Under the pieces are notes generated by a model that ran no database searches, was not told where the DNA came from, and worked only from the letters and a program-made list of their open reading frames with translations. Shown here in pieces: positions 12,944 through 27,176 of a stretch of DNA of 64,000 nucleotides (within the stretch, counting starts at the first letter, position 1; every line of letters begins with the position of its first letter). The position numbers and the translations under genes were made by a program. Source of the stretch: Calcarisporiella thermophila CBS 279.70 (lineage: Eukaryota > Fungi > Calcarisporiellomycota); NCBI RefSeq assembly GCF_041956535.1, contig NW_027192191.1, positions 659,328-723,327 of the forward strand, given 5' to 3'.

Positions 12944-15900
12944 TCAAAAATATCCCCATCCAAAGTCAATTTCGCGCAAATCGGTTACTATTCGTTCCAC
13001 TGTTGTCCCTATGCGTTTTGCCATCTCCCTCCTCCGTACGGGCGGCATGCACCATAGAAATTGCCAAATAAGATCGCCATCAAGCACCGCCTTGACCGGG
13101 TTGGAGGCAAGACGCTCGTTCGATTGAAGCAGCCTAGAAGATAGGTTTAAGTTCAAAATTTACCAAATATATCTTATATTTGCCGTTGCTTACCGAAATG
13201 CCTTTGGGTTAAGTCCAGCAGGGTGCTGCAACCCATTCACTAGCTGACCTTGGAGAAGCTGGAGTCGTTTAAAGGATTTTTCAGGGATAGGGGTTATCAG
13301 GCCAAGACTACCATCCAGTGTTCCTAACACACAACATAGAAATTGAGTTGAGGCTCTATTATTTTTAGGCGTAGTACAAGACTCCACACATTACCACATA
13401 GACAAAGATACTGTTTTGGCTGCCCCTCGTCAGTCAATGATCTCTTTGGCAATCTTAAGAATTTCTTGATCGTTGAACCAACATGGAAATCCCCACGGCG
13501 TAAAAGACGCTGGCCACTGATAGATTGTAAATCTGTGAAAGGAAAAATCCAGAAAACGTGAGTAATAAGTTTGGACTCCCCGGAAAAGCGGCATCAGTAC
13601 ATACTCAATGGGGCATATTGGAACAGCTGCAAGTTTTTCTCTGCATCTGACACGGCAAAATAAAGCGATCTATCATCAATCAAGAAATTGGAGCTTACGA
13701 CCTCAAGTGGTCGGAAATCTTTTCCAAGCAAAACAAGTTTGGCAGGCTCCTCCTAGAATTGCAATGGAAATGGTTGAGTTAATTATCCTAGAGTAGCGCG
13801 ATTTCTTTTGGAGGAGAGGAAAGAAGAAGTGAGGGGGAACGTAGAATACATACTTGGAAACCACAGAACCAAATGCTCTTGAAAGCATCGCTTACTAGCA
13901 AAAAGTTCTTCACAGACACCAATTCCGTTACGTGGATTTGTACATCCACAAACGCAACAGGAACCAGATTTTCGTTATCGTCAAAGCTCCGGATGATAAT
14001 CTAGTAACGATATGCAAAGATTAACCAAACGCACTCATGCAGGTCCACCGTGGCCTACTGACCTTAGGCCCTAAACTTGTTGCCAAATATCCCTTGATGT
14101 CACAAATAGCTGAAACAGGCCCGCGGACTTCTTCACTGATAAGTTGCTTGAACTTGTGATTCGTTTGAGGGTTATTGGGTTCAGGCACCACTTCAATAAT
14201 TTCAAAAACATATATCTAAAGTCCAAGCATAAAAATATGAGGTTAAATTCATGAACCAAAATTGGGATGAAGGAGCAATGAGTACATACACATCCACGCA
14301 TGGCTACATCCTCTCCACGGAAGAATCCTGTGCCCACCGCAATAAAATCTTTGCGCCCACTTGCCGTTTGCTTACTCTCGAGGGTAACACACTCCAAACA
14401 GAGACCTTGCTCATATTCTGCAAATTCGTATCTATTGCAAATATGAGTTAGGAAACCGATTCTCAAACATGACAGAATTATAAACCCACCGGTCCACTGT
14501 TTCCCACGTCACCGGGGATACTAGTTCAATCGAGAATCGGTCGAGGGTCGGAGAAAGCCCTTTGTTGGCTTGTCCTACTACCTCGCCGTTATCATCGCGC
14601 TGAATAAACTCTTCAGGTACCGATGAGAGTACCACGTACACCTGCATGGCTGCGTGGTAGACAATGCGGTGCAGTGTGCGTCCAAGGTGGATTTTTTGCA
14701 CTGGCCAGTCAACGTCATATGTGAAATTATTAATGGGAAATTCGGATAAACGGACGATACTCTACAAAATCCATAAACATTAATTCATATTTTATCATGC
14801 CACTTAATAGTGTATCCAGACTTCCTTGCCTTCTTATCTACAAATAGGAAACCATGATGACAGTTAACGTTGTGGAATGAAGTGAAGGCCACCACCTCGC
14901 CCTCGTACCGAGAAAGCATTGGGTGAACCCGCGCCACCGATTTTCCGGAACTCAAAAGCCAAACCGGCTGCCTCCCCTTCACAAATACACCCGTATACCC
15001 GCTTATTCCGCGGAATGGCATCAAATATTTCGCCTTTTTGCGTTTTTGAAGAAAGATGTCTTCCTCCTCTTCATTGTTTTCGGTGCCAACCTCCTTTCCG
15101 GAGTCCATAGCTGCACTACTGTCACCTTTGTGAGATGGATTGTTGGTTGAAATGCCATTGGTGGTAGCGATTGGTTGAGATGCTGTGGTAGATTTGAGCT
15201 CTGAGGGGATATAATCGATGGGAATACGGACAAAGCGCGCTGCAAGGCGGTGGGCGACGGTTTCCTCAATTGAATCAGGAATAAATCGGAATGCTCGATA
15301 GACTGCAACCTCGCCTTCTGGTGTTCGAACCTAGTGTAGCAAGGAAATTAAAAAAAATTAATGAGAATATGAGAAACACTGAAATATAAATTAGACATCT
15401 ACCACTAAATAGGGGTCCATTTTCGTTTTTCCGATATTGGCCAATATAACCTCTAGTTCAACCGCCTGACTCTCTGTTCCAACATTTACACTGCTTTGGA
15501 CATGATGACGAACGGCAACATCGCTGAGAATGTTCGGTAATGTGCCGAAATAGCTCGAACAAAACACTTCTTCCATGTTCGGCAGGCGCAAAATTTCTAA
15601 CGATCTATCCCGTCTGTACATGGCAACATAATAGCGTGTCTCTTTTATTTCGTTCACTCCTGTGGTGTTCTGCATGCTGACGTTGGTCTCATTGAGCTGT
15701 TCCGACATATTGACATCCTCCTCTAATTCCTGGGTAGCCCCAGAATCACCATACAGATCCATGTCAATAGCGTCATCGTCCGCATCAGCTCCGGAAAATT
15801 GGTTTCCTCGGTTTATCCCGGCAGAATAGGCAAGCGGGAGTGAATTCTGAGTTTTGTTCGAAGATCGTGCATCTTTGGCCAGTTGTTGGGTCAGTGAAGA

Positions 15901-18544
15901 AAACTCGCTGATAGTCAGGAAGCGATTCGAAACGTCAGCAAAGATGTTACAGCTGATGACAGGGTTTCCCTAAAGGGGGTGAGAAATTGTATCGTTAACA
16001 CTTTGCAATCTATGAAATATAACCACTGGAAGCTTACTGATTGATTAGATATTTCATCGCCAAAGGTCAAGTCTTTGGTTGCATCGTTCCCTTTTAAAAG
16101 GGTCACCCGCCCATTTTCTGAAGAGATGAGCACATAGGGGTCTACGATGTGCGCAGCAACGATGTGAGTTTGTTCCAAGTTACTAGTAAACGGAATCATT
16201 TGCATCATGTTTCCATCTATAAAGGGGAAATGGGAAGCTGTTAGTCGTTTATATAATCAACGGATAATGCAACACAAGTCGGACCTGCATCCAATAATCG
16301 AATTCCTTCACTATACACCTGCACAATTCGGGTATCATCAAACAGAGTCCCAACTGCAACCGTAGGACCATCTGTATAAAATCCTAGGCGGTCAAGTTCT
16401 TGAAACGATGCTCCGGCAGCAAGAACCTGGCAAAGTAAGATGCATTGAAGTATTAATAAGAGTCGACTTCAGAAAGCATCAATTCAGCCGGATAGATACC
16501 ATGGTAGATTTTGGTTTGCTAACAAATAAATACTCATCGTATCCAATGATCATTTCATCGCTCCGATCTTTCACTTCTTCGATACGCATTCCATCGATCA
16601 GGACATCTTTACGGCAGTGCACCGTCCACACGTCCTCGCACTCAGGTATATCAAAAGTGCCGGTGAGATGTGGCCGAATACTTCGTTGGAAGATGCAGAG
16701 CGATCCGGAGTGGCCATATCCCGAGCACGCAACTAGCTCAACCTCTTCACTGTCGCCATCCTTTTGATCCTAAAAGGTTCAGACATATAAAAACAAGTCC
16801 GAGTAGAGGAGGGTGCAGATGGAATAGGGCTTACATTCTTTTTCGCTACCTTCCCAATCGCCATGTCCGAAATGGGACCCGTATTAAGCAGTCGATCACA
16901 TATTTTAAAATCGAACGTCATTGCTGAAGTGTGGTCGTTTAAGTGCTGATCCACTGTGGATCCATAGAGTTCTAAGTAAAAAATAGGGTAGCTTTTCAGT
17001 GCCAGCTTAAAAAACATAATAGAATAGCCAATTAATATATACCATCATCAAACTCGCCCGTGCTCCGCCTAGGCATCCACGAACGGTCCCCAATTCCATT
17101 TTCTTTCGGTTTGGAACCTATGGGCTGACTCCCGTACTTTACCATCAAAGAATCCCCTAGGCGACTGCCCAAAAAGAACAGTTTCCTATCTGCAAAGGTG
17201 CATGCGCAACTCGGTGCAACTAATCGCTGTGAAAGTTTGCTCAGTTTTAAATTTCTGACTCTGGATCCGTCCATAAGAAACTCCAGGATACAACATGCCC
17301 CATCGCGTGTCACAAGAAGCGAATGTGTTCCATCCAAAAAGACAACCCTACAACCCTCCAGCACTAGTTGGAGTTGATTCGCAGCCTTCGAGTCGATTGG
17401 AAATTGCGTACTTTTATCGGCAAATGAGTTGACAGCCACACCAATGGCACGAGAGGATTGAGAGAGATGAATGAGAGCATCAGCAGTGACCACAAGAAGG
17501 CCACCCACGGGTCTAGGCATAGGGATGATCTGCGTGCAATTGAATGGAAGACGATCTTGGTAGTATATCACAGGGAATACTTTTTTTGTTACATCTAGGG
17601 AAACAATGAGAAGGCAGCATGTATCGCTACGTTCAGAAAGACGGCTGCAGAGTGCAATGGAGTTAGGTGGTGTAATATCAATAAGAATGGGGAGGGGGTC
17701 AACATACCCAGGCCATGTCTGCTGGGGCTCGAATAAAATGGCCAGCGTAGGCTCAAAATAGTCGTATAAAAATGCAGTATCGATCACATTTCGGATGCGC
17801 GGATCAATTTTCTTGGCCTCTAACACAAAACTTGGGTGATATGGCCATTTACTGTAATAAATAGACCGCAATTAAAAAGTGAAAATCAATGCAATATAAG
17901 GAGTCGGTGCTGACCCTGAGTTTTCTTCATCATTCAGAGGCAAAACATCGTCCTGTCGAAATGGTAATACTGCAAAGTAGTCGCCGTAGAATCGTAACAT
18001 TGCACACCGATGTGTTGGGTCCACTCGAATTTCAGGATCCCGACAATATAGAAGCTCACTCTATAGAGAACAAAAATTCTAAGTACCATGCATTGAGTCC
18101 GAATGCAATAGAGCCATACTCTGAAATCTTCTCGCTCATAATAGTGAATAGATATGGTAGTGATACTACTCGTAGAGAGTGACCATTCCAGCAACGACAT
18201 CTACAATTGGAAATTAGAAGGGCATTTTCACAAAAATAACTCCGGTCTAATGATATGCTGACCTTTGCGTCCTTGAAGCTCAGTAATAAACTGTCCAGTC
18301 CCCATTTGCTCGAAGTTATAGTCTTTATTACTCCTATTGATGTGATGTTTCCATGGAGCTTGTATTCCGCTATCAGCTTGAGCATCATGTCCTCCTCTTC
18401 CTCAAAATGATCGACAATCGCATACACCTTCAGCATAGACGTGCACGCTATGATAAGATTTAACGCGTCAGGAGAAGTGAAACGCGCTACCGCTGCATGT
18501 TCAACGACGGTAGGCGAGAAGATCTCTCTGTAGAACGCGGACAT
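12944..18544 (-). CDS. CFT1: Cleavage and polyadenylation specificity factor 160 kDa subunit (CPSF1/Cft1)
   Basis: Multi-exon. Motifs DSLLLSFKDAK, LFFLGSRLGDSL, DRLLNTGPI, IAVGTGFFRGEDVAMRG, HPAGLNPKAFR, and C-terminal LDGDLIWQF...EMAKRIGTT. Confidence 0.93.
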
Positions 18545-18730
18545 CGATAAGCATAGTCCTCTACGGCCAGTGTATGCAATAATAATAGAATGAACTAGGC
18601 TAACCTCGTTGCTTATGAAAAGCAGTCAACTATGCTAAGCCACCACGGATATGCAATAAAAACACTCGAGGGAGGGGGGGGTGAATCCGACTCGATAACA
18701 TCTTTATTGTTCTTAATTGATTGATTAGAG

Positions 18731-19286
18731 ATGGCCTCTCCTCTTCTCTTTTCTGCCCTTCGTCAAAACGTTGCACGCAACGTGCGTTACGCTTCCACCT
18801 CCACCGCCAATTTCGCGGCTGAAAGGAATGCCATCAAGGCTCATGCTGCCGGTAATTTTCTTCATCACAAAAGCATTCTCAGGCAACGTCTCGAGCAATC
18901 CTTTCCATTTTGATAGATGCCGCTGGTCTCTGGCGCAAGATCTCGATCTTTGTCTGCATTCCCGCCACCGTCTTGGCTAGCATTAACTGCTACAACCTTG
19001 CCGTCGCGCACGCCGAGCATATGGCCCATCTCGCTGAAGAGGAGCCAACCGTGTATCCCTACATGAAGTAAGCTTGTCATAGTTTATGATGTTATTCGAG
19101 ATATTCATTAAATATGTTTTATTTTTTTCATCATTTCAAAGGATCCGTAACAAGCAATTCTTCTGGGGAGATGGTGGTGCGTAGTTGTGCTCACTCTGTT
19201 TAAATCCTGTTTATAGTAATAACGATTGCCTTTTATTTATTGTAGATACCTCTCTTTTCCATAACCCGGCTGTAAACAGATATTAG
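18731..19286 (+). CDS. COX13: Cytochrome c oxidase subunit VIa
   Basis: Four exons: presequence, AIKAHAA|DAAGLWRKISIFVCIP, YPYM|RIRNKQFFWGDG|DTSLFHNPAVN. Confidence 0.92.
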
Positions 19287-20385
19287 ACTACATAGAATAT
19301 ATCTCTTAATAGAGTTATATTGTGTTATAATAAATAAACTAGACTATTTAAGTTGTAATTTTCGCCTCCAATGGGCCATCTTGGGGATAAATGTGAAGGT
19401 TTATTTGAGGGAAATGTTAAATATTTTGGAATATAATAATATTAGAAAATATAGACAGAACCGCTAGGCACGGCCAGACAGGCAAACTAGCTCTGTAAGT
19501 GCATTTGCTGGCGTCTTTGTTACCGCAGTCTATAGCAAAAGTCTGGGATTACATAATCGAATTGATCTTTAAAGAAGCACGGGTATTAAAGGCTATCATC
19601 AATACACAGGTATACATTTTATCTGCATTGGGTATAAAGGAAAGATGATGATGCCATAAGGATGAAGCATGCTTGCACCCTAACCAATCCGGGAACTTTG
19701 AGCACCAACACTTTCTCGTTGCATGCCTTATTTCCTTTATAATACCTTCTCATCATTTCAGCAAGCTTTGATCAATATACGCTGGCATACTTGTAAAGAG
19801 AAGATCGCAATAAAAATTAAAATCTTGATATAGACGAAAATAAAAGGGATGCTTTACCTATCTATATCAACGGTCATAGTGCAGCAATGCGGATATCAAT
19901 CTCTATTGGGAATGCAATGGCCACAAATCTGTTAATAAGGTCAACCATTGCTTTATTTAGGGTCGCAGCCATTGAGTGCAAATAAATAGATAGGAAAACT
20001 CTACCCAAACTTTTTCCAGCTTGCTTAAGTCCCCGAACCTGGTAAGGCGGCGGCGCAAGCTGCTCAGTGATCACTAGGTCCCCCATCTATATTTAGTTCA
20101 TGGCTGTTATTTCAGTCCGCGTCAAGCCACGAGTGCACTCGATTAATAAATTGACACCGACAGCAAATTGGATACAAGAACTGAAAGATACCCCTAAGAT
20201 CACTTTTTTTTCCAATTTGTACCCCGCCTTTATTTTTGAATTTCTCCTTCTTGGTCGCTTTTTTTCTTTTACATCCCAATCATTTTTATCATTTCCGGCA
20301 TTTTATTTCAGTTCCCCTTCCATTCATTATAGTAGTTCTCTTCAGAATTAAGGAAAGAAATAATTATAACTGATAAATCACGAAA

Positions 20386-21498
20386 ATGCCTTTGAATCCC
20401 ACAGAGCATTCCGCGAAGAGGAACCCAGTGATGACTAGTCTCAAAATCGCGTTCAAATTCGCCCGCCCAACTCATTCTAATACTTTCGCTAATTCAGTTC
20501 CCAATGTTAAAAAGTGGATGCGCGTCCTATTATCTGCACACTCGCCCGGAGAACCCTCGCATGCTCAGCTATTGCCTCCAGAGATCCTCGTTGAAATCTT
20601 CAAATATCTCTGGAGCACCTTTGATCTACGTGAAGTAAGCCGTGTGTGTCGCTCATGGAGGCCATGTGCGGAAGATGCGATTCGAAGGTTGGCCCTGGAG
20701 CATCCTCTTGCATGTGTGTCGTTACCGGATGCAATAAGGTTTTTTTTTTCGTTACTATAAGCCTTTTGTATGTTCTGAATTGAAAATTTTTGTATAATCG
20801 TGTCCACAGGATATATTTTGGCAGAGGAGCCCTACCAGCATGCCTTCTGCGCTATAATAATGACGTATGGAATCTTGCTGTCCAGTACTGTCGGCAGAAC
20901 CCGGGAACGCACAATGGTAAGAGTGCTCGGGGATATATATAGAACGTGAATTAAGCTTATTGCCTTTTATTCCAATAGCTATATTTCCCTTCAATGCTCC
21001 CGATATTATATACAATCTTCTTTGGCAAATCCTTCACGTTGACTATCAGCTACGAAACATTAGGATTGATAAGGAGAAAAAGATATCGGCCACAGATTTC
21101 ACAAAACTCATAAAGCAAGACCCTAATTATCCCCGGGGGCTTTTTAGTAAACGCGTCCTTAATGTAAGCGTGAAAGTGGAATCCTTTCAACAATTGTCCC
21201 ATTAATTTGTTTTGTTATTTTCTAAAAAAATAAGCAAATTTATGAAGAGATCAAGCGTCGACCTTTACTCACTCATCCTCATCATCGTCCTCTGCCTATC
21301 GTCTCGGACGCCAAAGGCATGCTCAACCTGGAAGACATGGGCAAACCTTTGGTTCATTTTCCTGTTGCAACCATTGGAGAACGCATCCGCAAGAGTTGGC
21401 GCGACCTGATTCTAATGAATTCCCACCATGGGCACGAAAGAAGACGTGTACGATATTTTTGGAGTCGCAGCGGCAATTGGGAGTGGGTGTGGCAATAA
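20386..21498 (+). CDS. F-box protein
   Basis: F-box LPPEILVEIFKYL...LREVSRVCRSW. Downstream exons can be spliced to end WSRSGNWEWVWQ*. Confidence 0.75.
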
Positions 21499-22172
21499 AT
21501 ATACATCGACTGTATTTTATTATCATGTTCTATGCCCTGTTTTTTTTTTATCCACCTTACAGAAATGCATTCATGCCCTCTATTATTCCTACACTATACC
21601 TTAAGCCAGCGTTTTTCTCCTTATCCACCGTTATCCGGAACATCCTATTATTTTATGGGCTCTACGCTATTTTAACTTTTTTTTTTTTGTTTTATGGAAT
21701 GTTTGTTGATTGTTTTATTTTATATATATATACTAATCCTATATCCAAAGCAGATTGGAGAGCACTGGCTCGAAATGGACGAAAAAGACAAAAAATTAAT
21801 TAGTTTGAAACAGGATGGTCGGAGTGTCAATTTTTCCAAGATATGCAACGGACAAACAGCGAGGGCGTGTTGAATTTTCTATCTCGATGTCGGGCGCACC
21901 CAACGTTTTTTGCTGTTGTCATCTTTGATTTCCGTCGCATATTCCATTCCCTACTAGCAATCCTCCACTCCTTTATTATTGGACTCTATAATCGGTCCCT
22001 CCCTACCACTCTTTGATTCACCAAGAACCCATATGCGTGTCTCCTCATTATCTTATTTCGTTGTTAATAAGGAATCCACCGTCGCGATTCTTTGTTAATA
22101 ATCTGTGATTTCAGGATCTGATTATAATACACCCCATCCTAATCTAATTTCCCTTTCCTAAAAACCTTTAAC

Positions 22173-23562
22173 ATGGCACTCTTTGTTTTTCCTCCAATAT
22201 CCCCGCTGATCATCCGCATGTCAGTTCATTCAAAAAGAGATCTAAAAAAAGAGAATGAGACAAAAGCTGACGATAAAGCAGCGCAGAAGCAGGGACACGA
22301 GGAGCACAAGACGGGAAACAACGGACCCGCAACTCCTGTTAATGACAATAGAGGCGATGCCACTAAAAAAGACAGGAACAATCCGGGAGTTCCCCAGCAG
22401 GCAGAGAAGAACACGGCTCTTCCCGGGGGGGGGAGGCGACTCGGCACGGAAACTGGGGGGTCAGCAGAATGTAAGCATGGGAAGAGGACAGGTGCCTACG
22501 ACCTCAAGTAACAATTTGCATGCTCTACCCACTGGTAACAATGCCTTTGTCCCCAACGTGGCCACCCCCACCATGAGTGCAACCACGGATACAATTGCTC
22601 CATCCACTCTTCCCAAAGCGTCCACGGCAGCGCAGACAAAAGCTCCCATTGCCCCGATAATTGGAGGAGTTGCAGCAGGACTTGTGGTGCTGACAGTAGC
22701 CGGGCTCGTGATTCGAAGCAGAATGAAGAAGCGAAAGCAAAAATTGGAAGAGGAAACGGAGTCCGCAGCCCTAATTCCTCCCTCCATAGAGAAACAAACA
22801 GAGTGGAATGCTGTGCCGAAGCAACCTCCGTCCACTGCTCCGGTAGCTCATCCCCTGCCTGCGCCTACCACTTTCGCGCATAATCCTCCGATCATAAAAC
22901 CCATTCCTCCAGCGTCTTCGGGACCTCCCCCATCTCACCACGCGTACACAGAGCCATATACCACGCACGCATATACTTCACCAGAAAAATTCTGCCCTTC
23001 ACTAGAACCTTATAGTGCTGATCCGCCATCCTTACAACCAAATTCGCTTCCACCCCATATCTTCAACAATAGTGGTCCAATCCCATCCCATACTCCAACC
23101 TCCCCTCTGCCAGCTACTCTCCCCATTGCCCCACCGTCGCCAATGCACGTCACGATATATCCCCCTATGCCTTCACCATCCCCAACCTATCACCCTAATC
23201 AGGAGCGAGTGCTATCACCTAGCCAGGCGTCTAACCTGCCTGTTCTACTGCCATCTCCTACCCACGATGCATCATTCCAGGCTACACCGGCCGAACCCTC
23301 GCCTAAACCGAGCGAAAGCTTGGCTGAGGCATCCAGCAGCCCACCACCAAAGGCAGATAAGCCAGACGAAGAATCAAGCTCGCACAATGCTCGCGCCCCT
23401 TCACAGTTTTTCTCCCCCATGATGGATGTGATTTACTCATATGGGGCATCGCGAGAGAGTACAACGCTAAGAACCTCGCCCAACTCGATGTACAGTCCTT
23501 ATGGTGGGATCGTGGTAGAGAATGCAGTGCCGCCGGTGCCGGAAATTCCGAAACAACCATGA
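22173..23562 (+). CDS. Single-pass membrane protein with a Pro-rich cytoplasmic tail; apparently frameshifted at a G9 run
   Basis: Thr-rich stalk, TM IIGGVAAGLVVLTVAGLVI, then the basic stop-transfer RSRMKKRK. The two overlapping ORFs (22173 and 22255) meet at G9, 22425-22433. Confidence 0.65.
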
Positions 23563-23806
23563 ACTGCCCTTGTATCTAGGTTGTTGTAATAAGAATGCTC
23601 ACATCGTCTTGCACCAAGGTTTCTCAGCGCTTGGTGGCCGCCTCACTCCGATTTTTTTATAGTTACCCAAAATAATAAATTTTTCTTTTTCTTTATCTAA
23701 TTGTCATGGAAGGAATGAATCTTACAAGAAAGGTGCCAATAATTTTAAAGAATATGACAATATGTACTGTGCCATGCAGGCGAACCATTCATCGGTATAG
23801 GACAGT

Positions 23807-26182
23807 TTACACGGTAGCCAGCCGCTCGATCGGACCCACGCGAATCGGCTCCTCCACTCTCCGTCTCCGCTCTCTTTCTTTCTCCTCCCGCCGCTTATCC
23901 CGCTCAACTTCCCGCCATGCTTTTCCCGCACCCTCCATCAATCTAGCCAATAGGTTCATGGCTTGTCCCTTTGTAATAGATGCTTTCTCTTGGTCCATAG
24001 AGAGTTTCACCCCCATTCGCTTCAGTGCATCCAATTGTTTTGGGGTGGCCGGCTGGCGCATGTATGAAGATTGCCGTTTCGCAAATTTTGAAGCATGGGC
24101 TCCAATATTGCGCTTCACCCATGTGTCACACCCCTTGATTGCACTCTCTAGCGTGTCGGCTTCAACAGGAATCCTCTGGGGACGATGATAGACGCGAGAT
24201 CCGTCTTTCTTTTGATACCAACGCTTACATCTCGCTCGATAGATTCCATCCTTCTCCTTTTCAAGACGCAAAACACAGCCAACGAGAGAAAGAATGTATG
24301 CGCCATCGCCGACTGAAAGCCAATTAAGTGGTGTGAGATGGTGTAGGTGGTGCGCTCCCGAGCAATCCTCAATGATCTCATAAGGAGATTGGTATTCGGT
24401 TAAAGTGACTCCTATAAATTCTGGGAGCGTATCACTTGAGGGAGCAGTGGGAACTGAAGTATCTGTAGCTGAAATAAAAGTTTCGTCCTTCTCGTCCACC
24501 TCTTCCTCTTCTTTTTCATCGCTTTCTTCCAGCTCTTTCCCCACCATTTCCAAATCCTCACCTAGAAATAACAAATGCAACGAACAGCAGTTAAGATGGC
24601 CTGCTCCAATTATACTAAACTACTCCTATCAAGGAGGTTCAATATCTTACCCTGAAGCTCATCCAACGGGTCCAGCCCCAACAAAGTCGGAACGGTGACC
24701 AAGTCTCTCGAGGTACAAACATCAACAAAATCTAACACCAAACAGTCCTCCTTTCCATTTGCCAGCCTCATTCCACGACCAAGCATTTGTTGAAAGAGCA
24801 CATTGGATTTGGTTGGGCGCGCCATAAGAATACAGTCAATCGTGGGTATATCGGTTCCTTCGGTAAGGATGCCGCAATTGACTAGCACAGGGAATTCCCC
24901 CGTGCGGAAACCATGGAGAAGCTCCTGGCGCTCTGCGGAGGTAGTGCGAGAGGTGATAAGTCGAGCGTCGATTCCGCGGGCACGAAAAGCATTGCAGAGG
25001 TCAAAGGTATGCGCAATATCGGTTGCAAACACCAGCGTAGTTTTTCTTCCCTCTATGTATCAAAATGAAATGTATGAAAATTTGACTCGCGCCCTTAATA
25101 AACTTTTTTCGCATTGCAAACCAGCTAATTTTTGATAGCTTCGCACCACAATCTCGTTTCGAATTGGGGTGTTGACCGCACGCGACAATTCTCCCTCGCG
25201 AAAGTCAGAACGATGTGTGCGGACTTGGGATATATCCGAAGTGGTTTTGATGGTGGTGACTTTGACGTTACAGAGCCTAAGGAAATAGACGATACTAAAT
25301 ACTCGGCGTGTCAAAACATAGAAATAGAGAGTGGAGATGCCATGTACCAGCCCTCAGTGATCATTTGCAAAAAATCGCGATGATAGGCAATGTAATCGAA
25401 AACCTCGCTCAAACGCAAGCCATCATGTCTCCGAATAGTCGCTGAACACCCCCACACGAAAATTCGAGTGTCGGCCGCTGTCGCACCAAAGTGGTCGAGG
25501 ATGCGAAGATAGGACTGGGCGGCGGCATGGTGCGCTTCATCAATGATAATACACTTGAATTCGCTCGGGTTGTATTTGTGGAGTCGTGCAGAATTAGCTC
25601 GGCCAAGGCTTGGGACACTGGCGACGATGACTTCCGCAAGCCCAGTAGCGTGGCGCTTTCCTTGATCGATTTCCACCCACTATTTTAAAGAGATTTTTGT
25701 GAAGATAGAAATAGTAAGAATGCTAACAAATGCACGCTACAAGATCCGGGTTCGCATGCTTTATCTGCCGCATAGCCTGGTCTAATAGCTCTTCTCTATG
25801 TGCCACAACCAGTGTTTTTGTAGCCTCTGGCGACGGTGGAGGAATGCGTGAAATGAGGTTTGAAAATATGACCTATGATAATCGGGTCAGCGTTTTATCT
25901 AATTAAAAGGATGTATGGGAACACAAACTGTTTTTCCGCTCCCTAATAAGCCAGACCATTAATCCATCGCAGAGTTTCCTAATCAACTTGTGAAATAATA
26001 GGCTTACCGACAGGTAGAGACACGATTTGTCTCTTATGCCCGTGTTTATAAGCCTCCAAGCATGCATCCATACATGCTTGCTGGTAAGGGCGTAATCTAC
26101 TTGTATAGCGCCTAAATATAAAGGTATTTCTCTCTAATAGTAAGCACCGGATTATCGGAGATCCGGTTAAAATGCGTTTCAT
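23807..26182 (-). CDS. IRC3: Mitochondrial SF2 DExH helicase, Irc3-like
   Basis: LRPYQ Q-motif, LPVGSGKT, IIIDEAHH, SAT, LTEGTDIPTIDC, ARPTKS..LFQQMLGRGMR; Arg-rich presequence. Confidence 0.88.
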
Positions 26183-27176
26183 GAATTCGAGATTAAGTCT
26201 ATAATATGGAGGTATCCATCTGCCAAAGTGACTGCCAATTTTAATCTATTCAATTGTTCTTGTTAATTGCACAAATTATCCAGTCTTGTTCAATCTGCCA
26301 CCAAAATGATTTCAAGCAAAATTAAATAACGTATTCCTTTTTATAGAGATAAATTGTCAGAATTTCATGATAGAAACGGCTCTTTGCTCGTATTTTGTTA
26401 ATTATATTGTTTTATAGGTAACAATTTTAAGTCGTACGACATATTTTCTACCTTTGCTTCCTGTAATAGGGCAACTTACTCACATCTTTCTCTTGACATT
26501 GGAGTGTACTAGGGAGTAGGCCTTATGATCATAATAAAATAAAATATCGGAGAGAACCAAAGAAATAAGAAAATGGCACGAATTCTCTGATCAAATTTTG
26601 ATTATATCTCCTGCCTATACTCCCGTACACGAAAAAACAGACTAATGGCTAAGCAACTTCAAGATAAATACAAAGAAACCTTATCTAACATCTCAAGAAA
26701 ACGATGCGAGCCGCTTTATTACACCTTTGCTTCTCCTCACTATGCAGCCATATTGAATGCTGCTAACACCCTAAAGTTACATTGGATTTATGCTGTGAAA
26801 AAAAAACAGGATTTGAAGTTATGCTATAGCATAAAACTATCAGGGCTACTTAATATGTCTATCATACAGGAAATCATGGTCTACTCTAACCATCTAAATA
26901 TCTTTTATGTTATTGAGATTTATCTAACACTAGAAGTAGTATATCAACCCAGCATCCTTTGCGCGTCATTTTCGAATCACTTTTGCCATCACATAGTGTC
27001 TAGATAATCATTATATCCGATGATCATTAAAATGAGAAAAATATACAAATGAAGGAGGAAAATAAAATAGAACAAAAAAGATAGTGTTAGACAATCATAA
27101 AAACATAGGCCAAAGCAGTTTTATATACAAAGGTATCAAGCTTGGGATGAAAGAAACTCAAAGACGCTCTCTTCTC

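Noticed and set aside
14760-14835. Possible GC-AG intron in CFT1
   Set aside because: A nearby GT donor with an alternative AG also preserves the frame, so this cannot be resolved without cDNA.
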